Assembly (NCBI GenBank): GCA_963761305.1
Contig: CAVXGK010000001.1
Span: forward strand, 864,001 to 928,000
Length of the DNA: 64,000 nt
Source of the DNA: an uncultured Gemmatimonadaceae bacterium
GTDB taxonomy: Bacteria; Gemmatimonadota; Gemmatimonadetes; Gemmatimonadales; Gemmatimonadaceae
Direction: 5' to 3'
Position 1 is the first letter of the stretch. Each line of letters opens with the position of its first letter. A program made the position numbers and the translations under genes. Positions 51,295 to 60,500 of this stretch are shown here, piece after piece. Below the pieces are notes generated by a model. That model saw only the letters and a list, made by a program, of their open reading frames with translations, was not told the origin of the DNA and made no database searches.

Positions 51295-52424
51295 CGAACG
51301 ATTCGGAGCAGCCCCGCTATGGCGCTGCCGCGGATGAAGCTCTCCGCGTCGCTCGTCGGAATGCGAACTCCAGTCTGGCGGAAGCCGTGTTTCGAGACCA
51401 CGTCCATGAACTCGCGTACGGAATCAGTTGGGTTGCCCGTCTCGTCGCGCAGTCGACGGACGATGTCGTCCCATGACCCCGCAAAACGGCTGCCGTCGGG
51501 CGCGATCACCTGATGCTCATTCCCCGACCGCTGCTCGACGAGGGTGCTGAGGAGCGTACCGAACAACTCCAACTGTCCCCGCGCCGTCTCCGGCGCCGAT
51601 TCTTCCGGACCGCCCGGTCCGTCGAGCTCCATGAGCAACGTGTCGACGTCGTCGAGATCGCCCGCGAGCTCGGCCAATCGGTCTTCCCACGGCTTGAGCT
51701 CGGGGTCGTTGTCGCCCAGGCGATAGAGCGATCGCTTGAGCTCCATGAGACGCCAGATGCCCAGCTCGTCCCAGTGATCCTCGGGCTTGGTGCGCTCGAA
51801 ATGATAGAGGGCCGCTTCGTTCTCGCCCTGATCGTACAGGACGTTCGCGAGGTAGATGCGGGCCTCGTTGTGATCGCCGTCGATCTGCAACGAGCGGCGA
51901 AGCGACGCGATGGCTGCCTCGTCGTCGCCGAGTCGGTGCTGGGAGTAGCCGATGCAGGCGATGCCTTCGGCTGAATCGGGCGACTGCTGGACGGCCGTCT
52001 CGAAGAAATCCTTGGCGGCGTCGAAGAGCGTCTTGTTGTCGCGCACGGATGCTTCGCGGAACAGCGACCGCCCGACCTGCAGCATGAGATCGAGGTCATC
52101 CGCGTAGCCGAGCTCGAGCGTGCGTCGGAAGCAGCGCATCGCAGCCTCGTCCTGCCCGAGCTTGAGCAGAGTCTCGCCGAGACCGGCGAGAGCGTCTTCG
52201 TGCTCGGGTTCGAGCACGGCGGCCTGCTCGAAGGATTGGCGCGCCCACGCATACTCCTCACGTGCGAGTTGCGCGTAGCCCACCCCAACATGCAGCTCCA
52301 CCGAATTCGGGTAGAGCGCGAGTCCTTCTCGAAGTACAGTCAGCGCTTCATCATACTGGCCTTCGTTGTACAGCTGATGTGCGCGTTCGTCGTACTCTTC
52401 AGAACTCAGGAACGGGGTGGCCAT
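51291..52424 (-). CDS. TPR repeat protein
   Basis: Multiple TPR motifs (EALTVLREGLALYP, ALAGLGETLLKLG); acidic C-terminal domain. Confidence 0.88.
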   Translation of the reverse strand: MATPFLSSEEYDERAHQLYNEGQYDEALTVLREGLALYPNSVELHVGVGYAQLAREEYAWARQSFEQAAVLEPEHEDALAGLGETLLKLGQDEAAMRCFRRTLELGYADDLDLMLQVGRSLFREASVRDNKTLFDAAKDFFETAVQQSPDSAEGIACIGYSQHRLGDDEAAIASLRRSLQIDGDHNEARIYLANVLYDQGENEAALYHFERTKPEDHWDELGIWRLMELKRSLYRLGDNDPELKPWEDRLAELAGDLDDVDTLLMELDGPGGPEESAPETARGQLELFGTLLSTLVEQRSGNEHQVIAPDGSRFAGSWDDIVRRLRDETGNPTDSVREFMDVVSKHGFRQTGVRIPTSDAESFIRGSAIAGLLRIVR

Positions 52425-52510
52425 CGTCAGCAAGCCTCCAGCTCATGAGGTGTATGCCTATACTACAATCCGGGCCCAGCGAAGTTCAATAGTGAACGAA
52501 CGTTCGGCGG

Positions 52511-53446
52511 TTAGTCGGACATCGCCGCCAGTGCTACGGCAATCTCGGAAGCCAGCGCGGCGTTCTGTTCCAGCAGAGCTAGGTTTGCGACCAGCGAACT
52601 TCCACCCGTCAAACGAGTTACCGCGGACAAAAGGAAGGGCGTGACGTCGGCGCCGCGAAGGCCGCCTTCGACGACGCTTTTGTGAGCTGCGGTTACGGCT
52701 AGTTCGACCGCGTCGCGCGAGAGACGATGTTCCGCCGGCGGAGGTTGGACGACGAGGAGCGCTTGCCGGCGCCCAAGGGCCCGGTGCGCACGGAATACGG
52801 CCGCCACGTCGCCGGCGTTGTCGACCCGAACGTCGAGCGGAATGCCGGTTTCAGCAGTGAAGAATCCCGGCAACTCCGACGTCCGGTAACCCACGACGGG
52901 AACGCCGAAGCTCTCGAGCCGCTCCCAGGTCGCCGCAAGGTCGAGAATCGACTTGGCGCCCGCGCACACAACCACCACCGGCGTGTTCGCCAGTTCGGCG
53001 AGGTCGGCCGATTCGTCGAACGGCGACCCGCGGTGCACGCCGCCGATGCCACCCGTCGCGAACACCTCGATGCCGACGGCGTGAGCGAGCGCGACCGATG
53101 CGGCGACGGTCGTCGCGCCGTCGCGCCGTTGCGTCATCGCGGCCGGAATGTCGCGGGCTGAGACTTTTCTAACGCCGTCGCGGGCGAGGAATCGCTCGAG
53201 CTCGTCGTCGCGCAGGCCGATCGTCGGCGTACCGTGCACGACGGCGGTAATCGCCGCGACGGCCCCGGCGATCTCCACCGACGCGACCATGCGTCGCGCC
53301 GCTTCGCGGTTCTCCGGAATCGGAAGACCCTGCGCGATCACCGAGCTCTCCAACGCCACCACCGGCGCGCGTTCGTCGAGCGCGCGCGCAATGTGCGGCA
53401 ACACACGGATGACCGCGGGCCGATGATTGGTAGGCGTGGAAGGCAT
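52511..53446 (-). CDS. psuG: Pseudouridine-5'-phosphate glycosidase
   Basis: PVVALESSVIAQGLP, GATTVA, FATGGIGGVHRG, SADL, GAKSILD, VTPFLL. Confidence 0.95.
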   Translation of the reverse strand: MPSTPTNHRPAVIRVLPHIARALDERAPVVALESSVIAQGLPIPENREAARRMVASVEIAGAVAAITAVVHGTPTIGLRDDELERFLARDGVRKVSARDIPAAMTQRRDGATTVAASVALAHAVGIEVFATGGIGGVHRGSPFDESADLAELANTPVVVVCAGAKSILDLAATWERLESFGVPVVGYRTSELPGFFTAETGIPLDVRVDNAGDVAAVFRAHRALGRRQALLVVQPPPAEHRLSRDAVELAVTAAHKSVVEGGLRGADVTPFLLSAVTRLTGGSSLVANLALLEQNAALASEIAVALAAMSD

Positions 53447-53475
53447 TGGGAAGCGACGGCTCGCTCCCCTTGAGT

Positions 53476-54057
53476 CTAACGCGACGCTCGGGCGGCCGTG
53501 ATGATCAGGCGCTCGGGCGCCGGCCCTACGTAGCGAATGGGCCACGACGTCGTCAGCGTGAGCGTGGTATCCGACGCGCGGGCGACGACGGGGTCGCCGC
53601 GCCCGACAATCCGCTTCGACAATACGATCCACTCGTCGCGGGCTGTGACCGACTCGGTCACGATCGTGTCGCCGGCGCTCACCGCGTCGAGGTGGCTGAA
53701 GTGGCGATCCCGTTCACCCGAGATGACGGAATTTCCGGGTTCGCCCGGGAAAGCGCTGCCCGACACGTGCGCCGGTCCCGCATTCAACGCATCGGACCCT
53801 TCGAGCACGATTTCGTCCAGATCGATGCTCGGAATCGCCAATCGTACGACGGGCGTTCCGTCGGCGATCGCGGTGGGGCCGCCGCGATGAGGCACCTGCG
53901 ACAGAGCAACGGTCGCCGGGACCTCGGAGCTGTTCCAGCTGTTCCACAGGTCGCGCGCATGCTGCGCATCCAGCGCGCCGGTCACATACCGTCCAGCCGA
54001 GAAGGAGAGCATCAGCCCTCCGGCGGCGTACAGAGACAGGCCGAGATATCTACGCAC
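53476..54057 (-). CDS. Class D-like sortase homologue with substituted catalytic residues
   Basis: RLAIPSIDLDEIVLEG, GPAHVSGSAFPGEPGNSVISG(E)RD, TLTT(S)WP, ERLII. Confidence 0.85.
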   Translation of the reverse strand: MRRYLGLSLYAAGGLMLSFSAGRYVTGALDAQHARDLWNSWNSSEVPATVALSQVPHRGGPTAIADGTPVVRLAIPSIDLDEIVLEGSDALNAGPAHVSGSAFPGEPGNSVISGERDRHFSHLDAVSAGDTIVTESVTARDEWIVLSKRIVGRGDPVVARASDTTLTLTTSWPIRYVGPAPERLIITAARASR

Positions 54058-54328
54058 GGTTCCTCGAGGGTCGAATGCTGCTCACCATGCCCGCCCCGGT
54101 CAGGAGCAGGCCGAGTCCCAGAAGCGCGAGAAGCGGCAAATCGCTCGCGGCGCCGGGGATCGTCGCCGCCGCGGCCGGGCGGCGCGAATCAACCGCCCTC
54201 TGCGCCGCGACTACCCCGCCCGCCGAGGGGAGCGTGGTCACCTGCGCCCACGACGCGACCGGCGTCGTTGCGAGGCCCACGAGGAGCGAGATGAAAAGAA
54301 ATGGTCGTCGGAGCGACATGATGATCAC
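54050..54328 (-). CDS. Small exported protein with a sortase-type C-terminal sorting signal (degenerate)
   Basis: Signal peptide, IPGAASDLPLLALLGLGLLLTGAG TM, basic tail RPSRNR; overlaps the sortase start. Confidence 0.7.
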   Translation of the reverse strand: MIIMSLRRPFLFISLLVGLATTPVASWAQVTTLPSAGGVVAAQRAVDSRRPAAAATIPGAASDLPLLALLGLGLLLTGAGMVSSIRPSRNRA

Positions 54329-54460
54329 TTGCCAGGAGGGAAGGCATTAGCCGAGCCAACCGTGTTTGGGGGGATGGAGTGCGAATTCAGGGGGTTGAGG
54401 GTGGCACACCGTTGCGCCGGGGCAACAAGGGGGGCGCCGAGGCCACAGGCCACCGCTTCC

Positions 54461-55405
54461 TCACTTCGCGGCCTCCTTGCTCGGCCACGCGGCGACGACC
54501 AGCGCCCCGATCTTCCCCAGCGCCACCTGCCCTTCGTTGTCCACCACCCACCTGATATCAGAATTCTGTTTGGTGAATCCGCACGCCACGACCCGCGACT
54601 GAAGCCGGAACAGCGCACACTCGGTTCGCACCGAATCCGTCGCTCCCGTCTTGTGCGGGACGCTCATCCCGTCGATCGTGCGCTGCATCGAATCGCCATC
54701 GGCGTTGTTGCGCAGGATGTCGAGCATCGCCGAATCAGCCGCCGGATTCACGGCCTTGCCGTCCGCCAGCAGCGCGAACAGGTGCGCCATCTCGTTCGGC
54801 GTGCTCACGCCGAGCCCGTACTTCACGGAGCTGTCCATCGCCACGCTGGTGAGACGCAGGTAGGTCTTCGAGTGGACCTTGGTGTGCGGCAATCCGAGCG
54901 ACTCCATCTTCGACCAGACGCGGCGAATCGCGATGCGGTCGAGCAGGAGGTTGGTCGCCGTGTTGTCGCTCAGGACGATCATGAGCGACGCCGCGTCGTG
55001 CACGCTCATCGACATGCCCGGATGCATGAACTGCAGCACGCCGCTCCCCGGCACCTGGTCGATCTTGAGCACCGTGAGCGGATCGTCGAGCGAGAGCTGC
55101 TTCTTGTCGGCGAGATCGTAGAGCGTGACGAGGATCGGCACCTTGATCAGACTCGCGGTGGGAAACGTCTCGTCGCCGCGCAGGGAGAGCCGCTCGCCAG
55201 TGTCGAGGTTCCACACCGTGTAGCCGAGCACTCCATGATGCGCGGCGGCGACGGCGTCGAGCGAGCGGTGGAGCGCGGCGGTGTCGGCGCGCGCGAGCTC
55301 GCCCGTCGCGTGAGAGACGCCGCGAAAGGCGCCGCGAAAGGCGCCGCGCGAGACCCCGGCGATGGACAGCGCCACGCCGACGCCGATCGCGATTCCCCGA
55401 GTCAT
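54461..55405 (-). CDS. Serine hydrolase, class A beta-lactamase-like family
   Basis: FPTASLIK, SDNTATN, HKTG; N-terminal signal-like segment. Confidence 0.9.
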   Translation of the reverse strand: MTRGIAIGVGVALSIAGVSRGAFRGAFRGVSHATGELARADTAALHRSLDAVAAAHHGVLGYTVWNLDTGERLSLRGDETFPTASLIKVPILVTLYDLADKKQLSLDDPLTVLKIDQVPGSGVLQFMHPGMSMSVHDAASLMIVLSDNTATNLLLDRIAIRRVWSKMESLGLPHTKVHSKTYLRLTSVAMDSSVKYGLGVSTPNEMAHLFALLADGKAVNPAADSAMLDILRNNADGDSMQRTIDGMSVPHKTGATDSVRTECALFRLQSRVVACGFTKQNSDIRWVVDNEGQVALGKIGALVVAAWPSKEAAK

Positions 55406-56613
55406 GTCACTGTGCTCCTGTCAGCCTCGAACGGTTTCCACGCGCCGTCGCGCAGAATGTCGTCGATCATCGCCACCGCGCGATCGAGCTCGGCGTCCGA
55501 CGTATAGAAGTGCGGCGCGACGCGAATGCCGGCGCCCGGGCGATAGTCGACGATCACGTCATTGGCCAGCAGCGCGCGCGAGACGCCGAACGCATGCGGC
55601 ACGTCGAACGCAACGGTGCCCCCGCGGCGCGATGCGTCACGCGGAGCCGACACGCGATAGCCGCGCGCGTCGGCGAGCTCGATCAATCGCGACGTCTGCC
55701 GAATGCTCTTCGCGCGGATGGCGTCGATACCGGCCCGCCGCACGACGCGCGGACCTTCCACCGCCGCGAAGAGCGCGGGAATCGGCGGCGTACCGTTGAG
55801 CCACCGCCGCGCGCCTTCCGCGAATCGCATGTCCGCCTCGAAACCGAATGGCCGCTCGTGCGCTTGCCAGCCGGTGAACGCCGGCATGAGCGTCCGGCTG
55901 GCCTCGGCCGACGCGTAGAGGAAGGCGCCGCCGGGCCCTCCGCACAACCATTTCAACACGCCGCCGCTCAGGAAGTCGACGCCGAGCGACGTGACGTCGA
56001 CCGGCATCACGCCCACCGAGTGAAACGCGTCGAGCGACACTCGCGCGCCGACCTCGCGCGCGCGACGGCAAATCGCCGCGACGTCGAGGATGTAGGCTGA
56101 GCGAAACAACACTTGCGACACGGCGACGAGCGCCGTCCGTTCGTCGATCGCGGCGAGAAGGCGATCCATGTCGACACCGACACCGTCACCCGATGGCACG
56201 ACGACGATGCGCGCGCCCAATCGCTTTGCGAGCCCGTCGTAGATGTAGCGCACCGACGGAAAATCCAGCTCGGTCATCACGATCGCGTCGCGCGGCGGCG
56301 CGTAGCTCAACGCGCTCAGCACCGACGCCTGCGCGATCGTCACGTTCGGGAGCATGGCCACGCTGCCCGCCGGCGCGCCGATGAGCGGCGCGATCTCGTC
56401 GCCGACGGAGACCGGCATTTCCCACCAACCGTCGGCCCACGCGCGCACGCCGCGCTCCGCCCACTGATCGACGTACTCGGCCAACCGCTCGGGCACGGCC
56501 CGCGGCATCGCGCCAAGTGAATTCGAGACAAGGTACGTCGTGCGCTCGAGAATCGGGAACTCGGGGCGGAACTGGAGGAGTGAATCGCGGTCGGCGGAGC
56601 GCTCCTGGCTCAT
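55402..56613 (-). CDS. Kynureninase-like class V PLP enzyme
   Basis: YLVSNSLGAMP, DAFHSVG, GGVLKWLCGGPG, GW, DYRPGAGIRVAPHFY. Confidence 0.85.
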   Translation of the reverse strand: MSQERSADRDSLLQFRPEFPILERTTYLVSNSLGAMPRAVPERLAEYVDQWAERGVRAWADGWWEMPVSVGDEIAPLIGAPAGSVAMLPNVTIAQASVLSALSYAPPRDAIVMTELDFPSVRYIYDGLAKRLGARIVVVPSGDGVGVDMDRLLAAIDERTALVAVSQVLFRSAYILDVAAICRRAREVGARVSLDAFHSVGVMPVDVTSLGVDFLSGGVLKWLCGGPGGAFLYASAEASRTLMPAFTGWQAHERPFGFEADMRFAEGARRWLNGTPPIPALFAAVEGPRVVRRAGIDAIRAKSIRQTSRLIELADARGYRVSAPRDASRRGGTVAFDVPHAFGVSRALLANDVIVDYRPGAGIRVAPHFYTSDAELDRAVAMIDDILRDGAWKPFEADRSTVT

Positions 56614-57977
56614 GTCGCAGGCTCCGCCACCGCGCGCACGACACGACGACCGCGGGCGCTCCCGGCGTAGATGCCCGCCGCGACCAGCGCGATCGCGACG
56701 AGTGACAGCCACTCCGCGCGCGCGAGACTCGTCAGCATCCACCCGATCGCGGCCAGCGCCAGCACCGGGACCGCGCCGCCCAACGGCGCGCGAAACGCCG
56801 CGTGAGGGCTCGACACGCCGTCGACAGACTCACGCCGCCGCAACAGCAGCACCGCGACGCAGCAGACCGCGTACACGACGAGCGTCGCCACGTTCGCGAT
56901 GATCGCCAACTGCTCGAACGTGCCCGTGGTCGCGAGCAGAATGACGATCGCCGCCTGGGCGAGAATCGCGACGTGCGGAGTAGCAAAGCGTTCGTGCACG
57001 CGCGCGAGCGCGCCGGGGAGATACCCGTCGCGCGCGAAGGCGAAGAGCATACGCGGAACGGCGAGCGTCACGCCGGCGACGTATCCGAACATCGAGATCA
57101 CCATGCCGGCGAGCACGAACGTCAGCCCGGACGGGCCGATCGCCGCACCCGCGGCGTCTGCCAACGGCGTCGCGCGCCCCGCAAGCGATGGGCCGAGCAC
57201 GCCCTGCGCGACGACCTGCACGGCGAGGTAGATGAAGGTGACCGTGGCCATCGCGATGAAAATGGCGCGCGGTATCGTTCGCTTGGGGTCGCGAACCTCG
57301 CCCGTCGGCGCCAGCGCGCTCTCGACGCCGAGGAACGCGAAGATGAGGAGCGTCGACGCCCTGGCGACGTCGCGGATCGGCGGGACGCCGTGCCAATGCA
57401 GGTTCGAGCGTCCGATCGCGCGGGAGCCGAACACGACGAGCGCGACGAGAGGCACCAGCTTTGCGACGGTGACGGCCGTGTTGAACCGACTCGCCCCTCG
57501 CACACCGACGACGTTCAGCGCCGCGAGCGCGGCCAGGACGGTGACCAGCATCGGGATGCGAATGCCCGGCGAGGCCAGCGCGGGCACGAGCGTTCCGAGC
57601 GCGTCGGCGAAGAACGACGCGACGGCCGCCGCCGCCACGCTGATTGCCGACCACAACATGAAGCCGGCGAAGAACCCGACCGTCGGGCCCAGCGCGAGGT
57701 CGATGAAGGCGTATACGCCGCCGGTCAGCGAGACGCGGCTGCCCGCTTCGGCAAAGCAGAGGACGATCAGGCCCATCGTCAGCGCGCAGACGAAGTACGC
57801 GACGGGAGCGGCCGGCCCGAGGACGCCGGCGATCGGCGCGGGCAGGCGAAAGATGCCGCCGCCGATCGTGAGATTGACGATGCTCGCCGCCATGCCCCAC
57901 GTGCCCAGGGCGCGCACGAGGGATTGCTCGCTCCGCGCGCGGTCCGGTCGATCCGGTCGATCGGCGTCGTTCGGCAT
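56610..57977 (-). CDS. APC family amino acid permease
   Basis: IGGGIF, TGGVYAF, FAFLGVE, GEVRDPKRTIPRA. Confidence 0.92.
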   Translation of the reverse strand: MPNDADRPDRPDRARSEQSLVRALGTWGMAASIVNLTIGGGIFRLPAPIAGVLGPAAPVAYFVCALTMGLIVLCFAEAGSRVSLTGGVYAFIDLALGPTVGFFAGFMLWSAISVAAAAVASFFADALGTLVPALASPGIRIPMLVTVLAALAALNVVGVRGASRFNTAVTVAKLVPLVALVVFGSRAIGRSNLHWHGVPPIRDVARASTLLIFAFLGVESALAPTGEVRDPKRTIPRAIFIAMATVTFIYLAVQVVAQGVLGPSLAGRATPLADAAGAAIGPSGLTFVLAGMVISMFGYVAGVTLAVPRMLFAFARDGYLPGALARVHERFATPHVAILAQAAIVILLATTGTFEQLAIIANVATLVVYAVCCVAVLLLRRRESVDGVSSPHAAFRAPLGGAVPVLALAAIGWMLTSLARAEWLSLVAIALVAAGIYAGSARGRRVVRAVAEPAT

Positions 57978-58142
57978 CGTGGGCGTGGCGCGGGGGAAAG
58001 GTCGGTCGTCGGGAGAGTGGGAACGCGGCGGCGCGGTCGCGAGTTCAAGACTTCACCGGAGCAAGGCTACAACAGTAGATTCGCGCCGCACCGCGCGCCA
58101 CCGGTCACGCCACCGCCGATTCACCACACCGATATTTCAGCA

Positions 58143-59276
58143 ATGAGCCGTACGCCGACGACTTCCGTTTCGGGCTCCACGCCCCCCCGCGAGCGCCGCA
58201 TCGCGCTCGTGCTCGGCGGCGGCGGGATGAAGGGGTTTGCCCACATCGGCGTCATTCAGGCGCTCGAGGAACGCGGGATCGTCCCCACGCTGTACGCCGG
58301 CACGAGCATCGGCGCGATGATGGCGGCGGCGCGCGTCGCGGGGATGTCGGCCGCCGAGCTGCTGGACCGCGCCCAGTCGCTGCGGCGTCGCGACCTGTTT
58401 CGCATCAATCATTTCGGAATGCTCATGGAGCGCATGCGGTCGCCCTCCATCTACCTCGAAGAGCCGCTGCGCGAGCTGACGCACGCCGTGGTGCCGGAGG
58501 GGACGTTCGCCAACCTCCCGGGCCGCCTCCTCGTCAACACGGTCGACATCGAGCGCGGCATGCAGGTGATCTGGGGCCTCAACGGCCTCCAGAACGTGTC
58601 CGTGCGCGACGCGGTGTACGCGTCGTGCGCGCTGCCGGGCTACTTCCCGCCCGGCCGCGTCGGCGACCGGCTGTGCGTGGACGGCGGTGTGGTGGACAAC
58701 CTTCCGGTCGCCATCGCCGCCCTCGACGCCGACCTGATCATCGCCGTCGACGTCGGGAGCACCGACCTGCGCCCAATCCAGAACGCGCTGTCGCTCGGCT
58801 TCGCCAACATCTACCTTCGCGCCGCGGCGACGATGATGCACTCGCTGCAGCAATTTCCGCTCACGCACTGGAGCGGGCCGCCGATGGTGCTCGTGCGGCC
58901 GCGCGTCGGCGAGGACTGGCTCAGCTTCTCGAACATCGCCGGCACGATCGAGGAGGGGCATCGCGCGGGGCTCAAGGCGCTGGAAGACATCGACGCCTAC
59001 TACGGCCAGGCGAGCGGCGTCTATCCGCGCCGGCTGTTCGAGATCGAGGTCGATCGCGACCGATGCGTCGGGTGCGCGCTCTGCGTCGCGCTCGCGCCGG
59101 CGACGATGGCGCTCGACGGACAGGGCAAGGCCTACGCACTGGCGCACACCGCGAACTGGTCGCCGGCCGATGGCGAATTCGTTCAGTTTTGCCCGACCAA
59201 CGCGATCATCGCGCGAAAGATCGAGCGCATCCTGCCGCCTACACCCGTCGCCGAGGACGAGCGGGGAGCCGCGTGA
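58143..59276 (+). CDS. Patatin-like phospholipase with C-terminal ferredoxin domain
   Basis: GGGGMKG, GTSIG, DGG; C-terminal VDRDRCVGCALCVALAP...CPTNAI. Confidence 0.9.
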   Translation: MSRTPTTSVSGSTPPRERRIALVLGGGGMKGFAHIGVIQALEERGIVPTLYAGTSIGAMMAAARVAGMSAAELLDRAQSLRRRDLFRINHFGMLMERMRSPSIYLEEPLRELTHAVVPEGTFANLPGRLLVNTVDIERGMQVIWGLNGLQNVSVRDAVYASCALPGYFPPGRVGDRLCVDGGVVDNLPVAIAALDADLIIAVDVGSTDLRPIQNALSLGFANIYLRAAATMMHSLQQFPLTHWSGPPMVLVRPRVGEDWLSFSNIAGTIEEGHRAGLKALEDIDAYYGQASGVYPRRLFEIEVDRDRCVGCALCVALAPATMALDGQGKAYALAHTANWSPADGEFVQFCPTNAIIARKIERILPPTPVAEDERGAA

Positions 59277-59997
59277 TCTCGAGCACGGACGTGATCGCGG
59301 CGCCGTCCCAGACGTAGCGCAGATGCTTTCGTTCGCGGCAATGCGACAGCGCCCGCGGACGAAAGACGCCGGCGCATCGCCCGCCGTCGTGTCGCACTGA
59401 ATCGTAGACGACGCCGGTCGATCCGCCCGCGCGCAGCACGCCGCCGAGCAGCTGCGATGCCGTGTAGTCGTCGAGGCGGTACACGTCGGGCATGATGGCG
59501 CGCATGCCGCGCAAGTCGTGGAGCGGCGCTTTCACCGTGACGCACAGGACGCGCATGTCGAGCTCGCACGGCGCCTCGCGCGTGGCGCGCATGAACCGCT
59601 CGCGATGATAGCGCGTCTCGGCGATGGCGACCGATTCGCGCTGGGCGGCGTAGAAGACGCCGAAGGTGCCGTTGCTGAACCGGCTTCCGTCGGGCGAGAC
59701 GTGCGTGAACGCGGCCATGATGTAGCTCGATCCCGGCCCGACGACCCGGTCATCGCGTTTGCCGCCCGCGGCGGCGTTCGCCGCGCTCAGACGCGGATTG
59801 AACGCGTCCTCGATCGAGTGCACGGCGTCGAGATCGGCGGCCGCGGCCACGCGCTTGAACAGATCGGCCGGCGGGAAGACGCTCGGGATGATGCGCACGG
59901 CGTTCTTCCAGTGGATTCGGCGGACGGGAATCGGCCGATCGGCGGACGGCGCGAGCGCGACGACTTTCGAATCCGCGCGCAGCACGCGTTCAGGCAA
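59239..59997 (-). CDS. RES domain toxin (NAD+ phosphorylase family)
   Basis: RIIPS, SRFSNGTFGVFYAA, AIAET, YDSVRH; start uncertain. Confidence 0.92.
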   Translation of the reverse strand: MPERVLRADSKVVALAPSADRPIPVRRIHWKNAVRIIPSVFPPADLFKRVAAAADLDAVHSIEDAFNPRLSAANAAAGGKRDDRVVGPGSSYIMAAFTHVSPDGSRFSNGTFGVFYAAQRESVAIAETRYHRERFMRATREAPCELDMRVLCVTVKAPLHDLRGMRAIMPDVYRLDDYTASQLLGGVLRAGGSTGVVYDSVRHDGGRCAGVFRPRALSHCRERKHLRYVWDGAAITSVLEITRLPARPRRRV

Positions 59998-60394
59998 AGT
60001 CTCCGCCCCGCTCGGCGTCGAGATACGCGCGCACCAGAAAGAGTCCGGCGACACCGCTGGTCATGAGCTCGAGGGCCGGCCGTCCCCCGAACAGCGGCGC
60101 GTCGTTCGGCCGGTGAATCCACGTCGCCGCCGCGGCGGCGGGAAGGAGAATCTGCAGACTCTTGTAGATCCCGAACACGTGCGACAGGCGCTCGAGGGTG
60201 TCGGGCGGAAGCGACGCGGGCGCGGCTTTCTTCCACCGGAAGAACGTCGTGCGCGACGGGAGTCCGAGGAGCGCCATCTGCTGCGCCGTGTCGAGATCCC
60301 ATTCGCCCGCGATGCGGAGGAACGTGGCGAGTCCGGCGCGCGCGAGTCGCGGGGGACTCGGCGCGGTCGCGGGAACGGGAACGCGAAGGGTCAT
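59990..60394 (-). CDS. Xre/MbcA/ParS family antitoxin
   Basis: LLGLPSRTTFFRWK HTH, ERLSHVFGIYKSL, WIHRPNDAPLFGGRPALELM, VRAYLDAERGG. Confidence 0.93.
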   Translation of the reverse strand: MTLRVPVPATAPSPPRLARAGLATFLRIAGEWDLDTAQQMALLGLPSRTTFFRWKKAAPASLPPDTLERLSHVFGIYKSLQILLPAAAAATWIHRPNDAPLFGGRPALELMTSGVAGLFLVRAYLDAERGGDFA

Positions 60395-60429
60395 CGGGGC
60401 AAGTCTCAAAGGGGTTACGGATTCAAATA

Positions 60430-60447
60430 TAGTACCAAATGGTACTA
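60430..60447. promoter_or_regulatory. Palindromic operator upstream of the antitoxin gene
   Basis: TAGTACCA-AA-TGGTACTA perfect 8-bp inverted repeat, 36 nt upstream of the antitoxin ATG. Confidence 0.7.
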
Positions 60448-60500
60448 CGGCCAGCCCGGCAAACCCCGCCCCCCGCCCCGCCGGCCTCGCGGGCGCCGCG

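Noticed and set aside
52511..53446. psuG without an adjacent psuK as a novelty
   Set aside because: Unlinked psuG is common and the kinase may be elsewhere in the genome
54461..55405. Bona fide beta-lactam resistance gene
   Set aside because: SxxK, SDN and KTG are present, but the class A omega-loop Glu (LDRxE) motif is not evident; generic serine hydrolase
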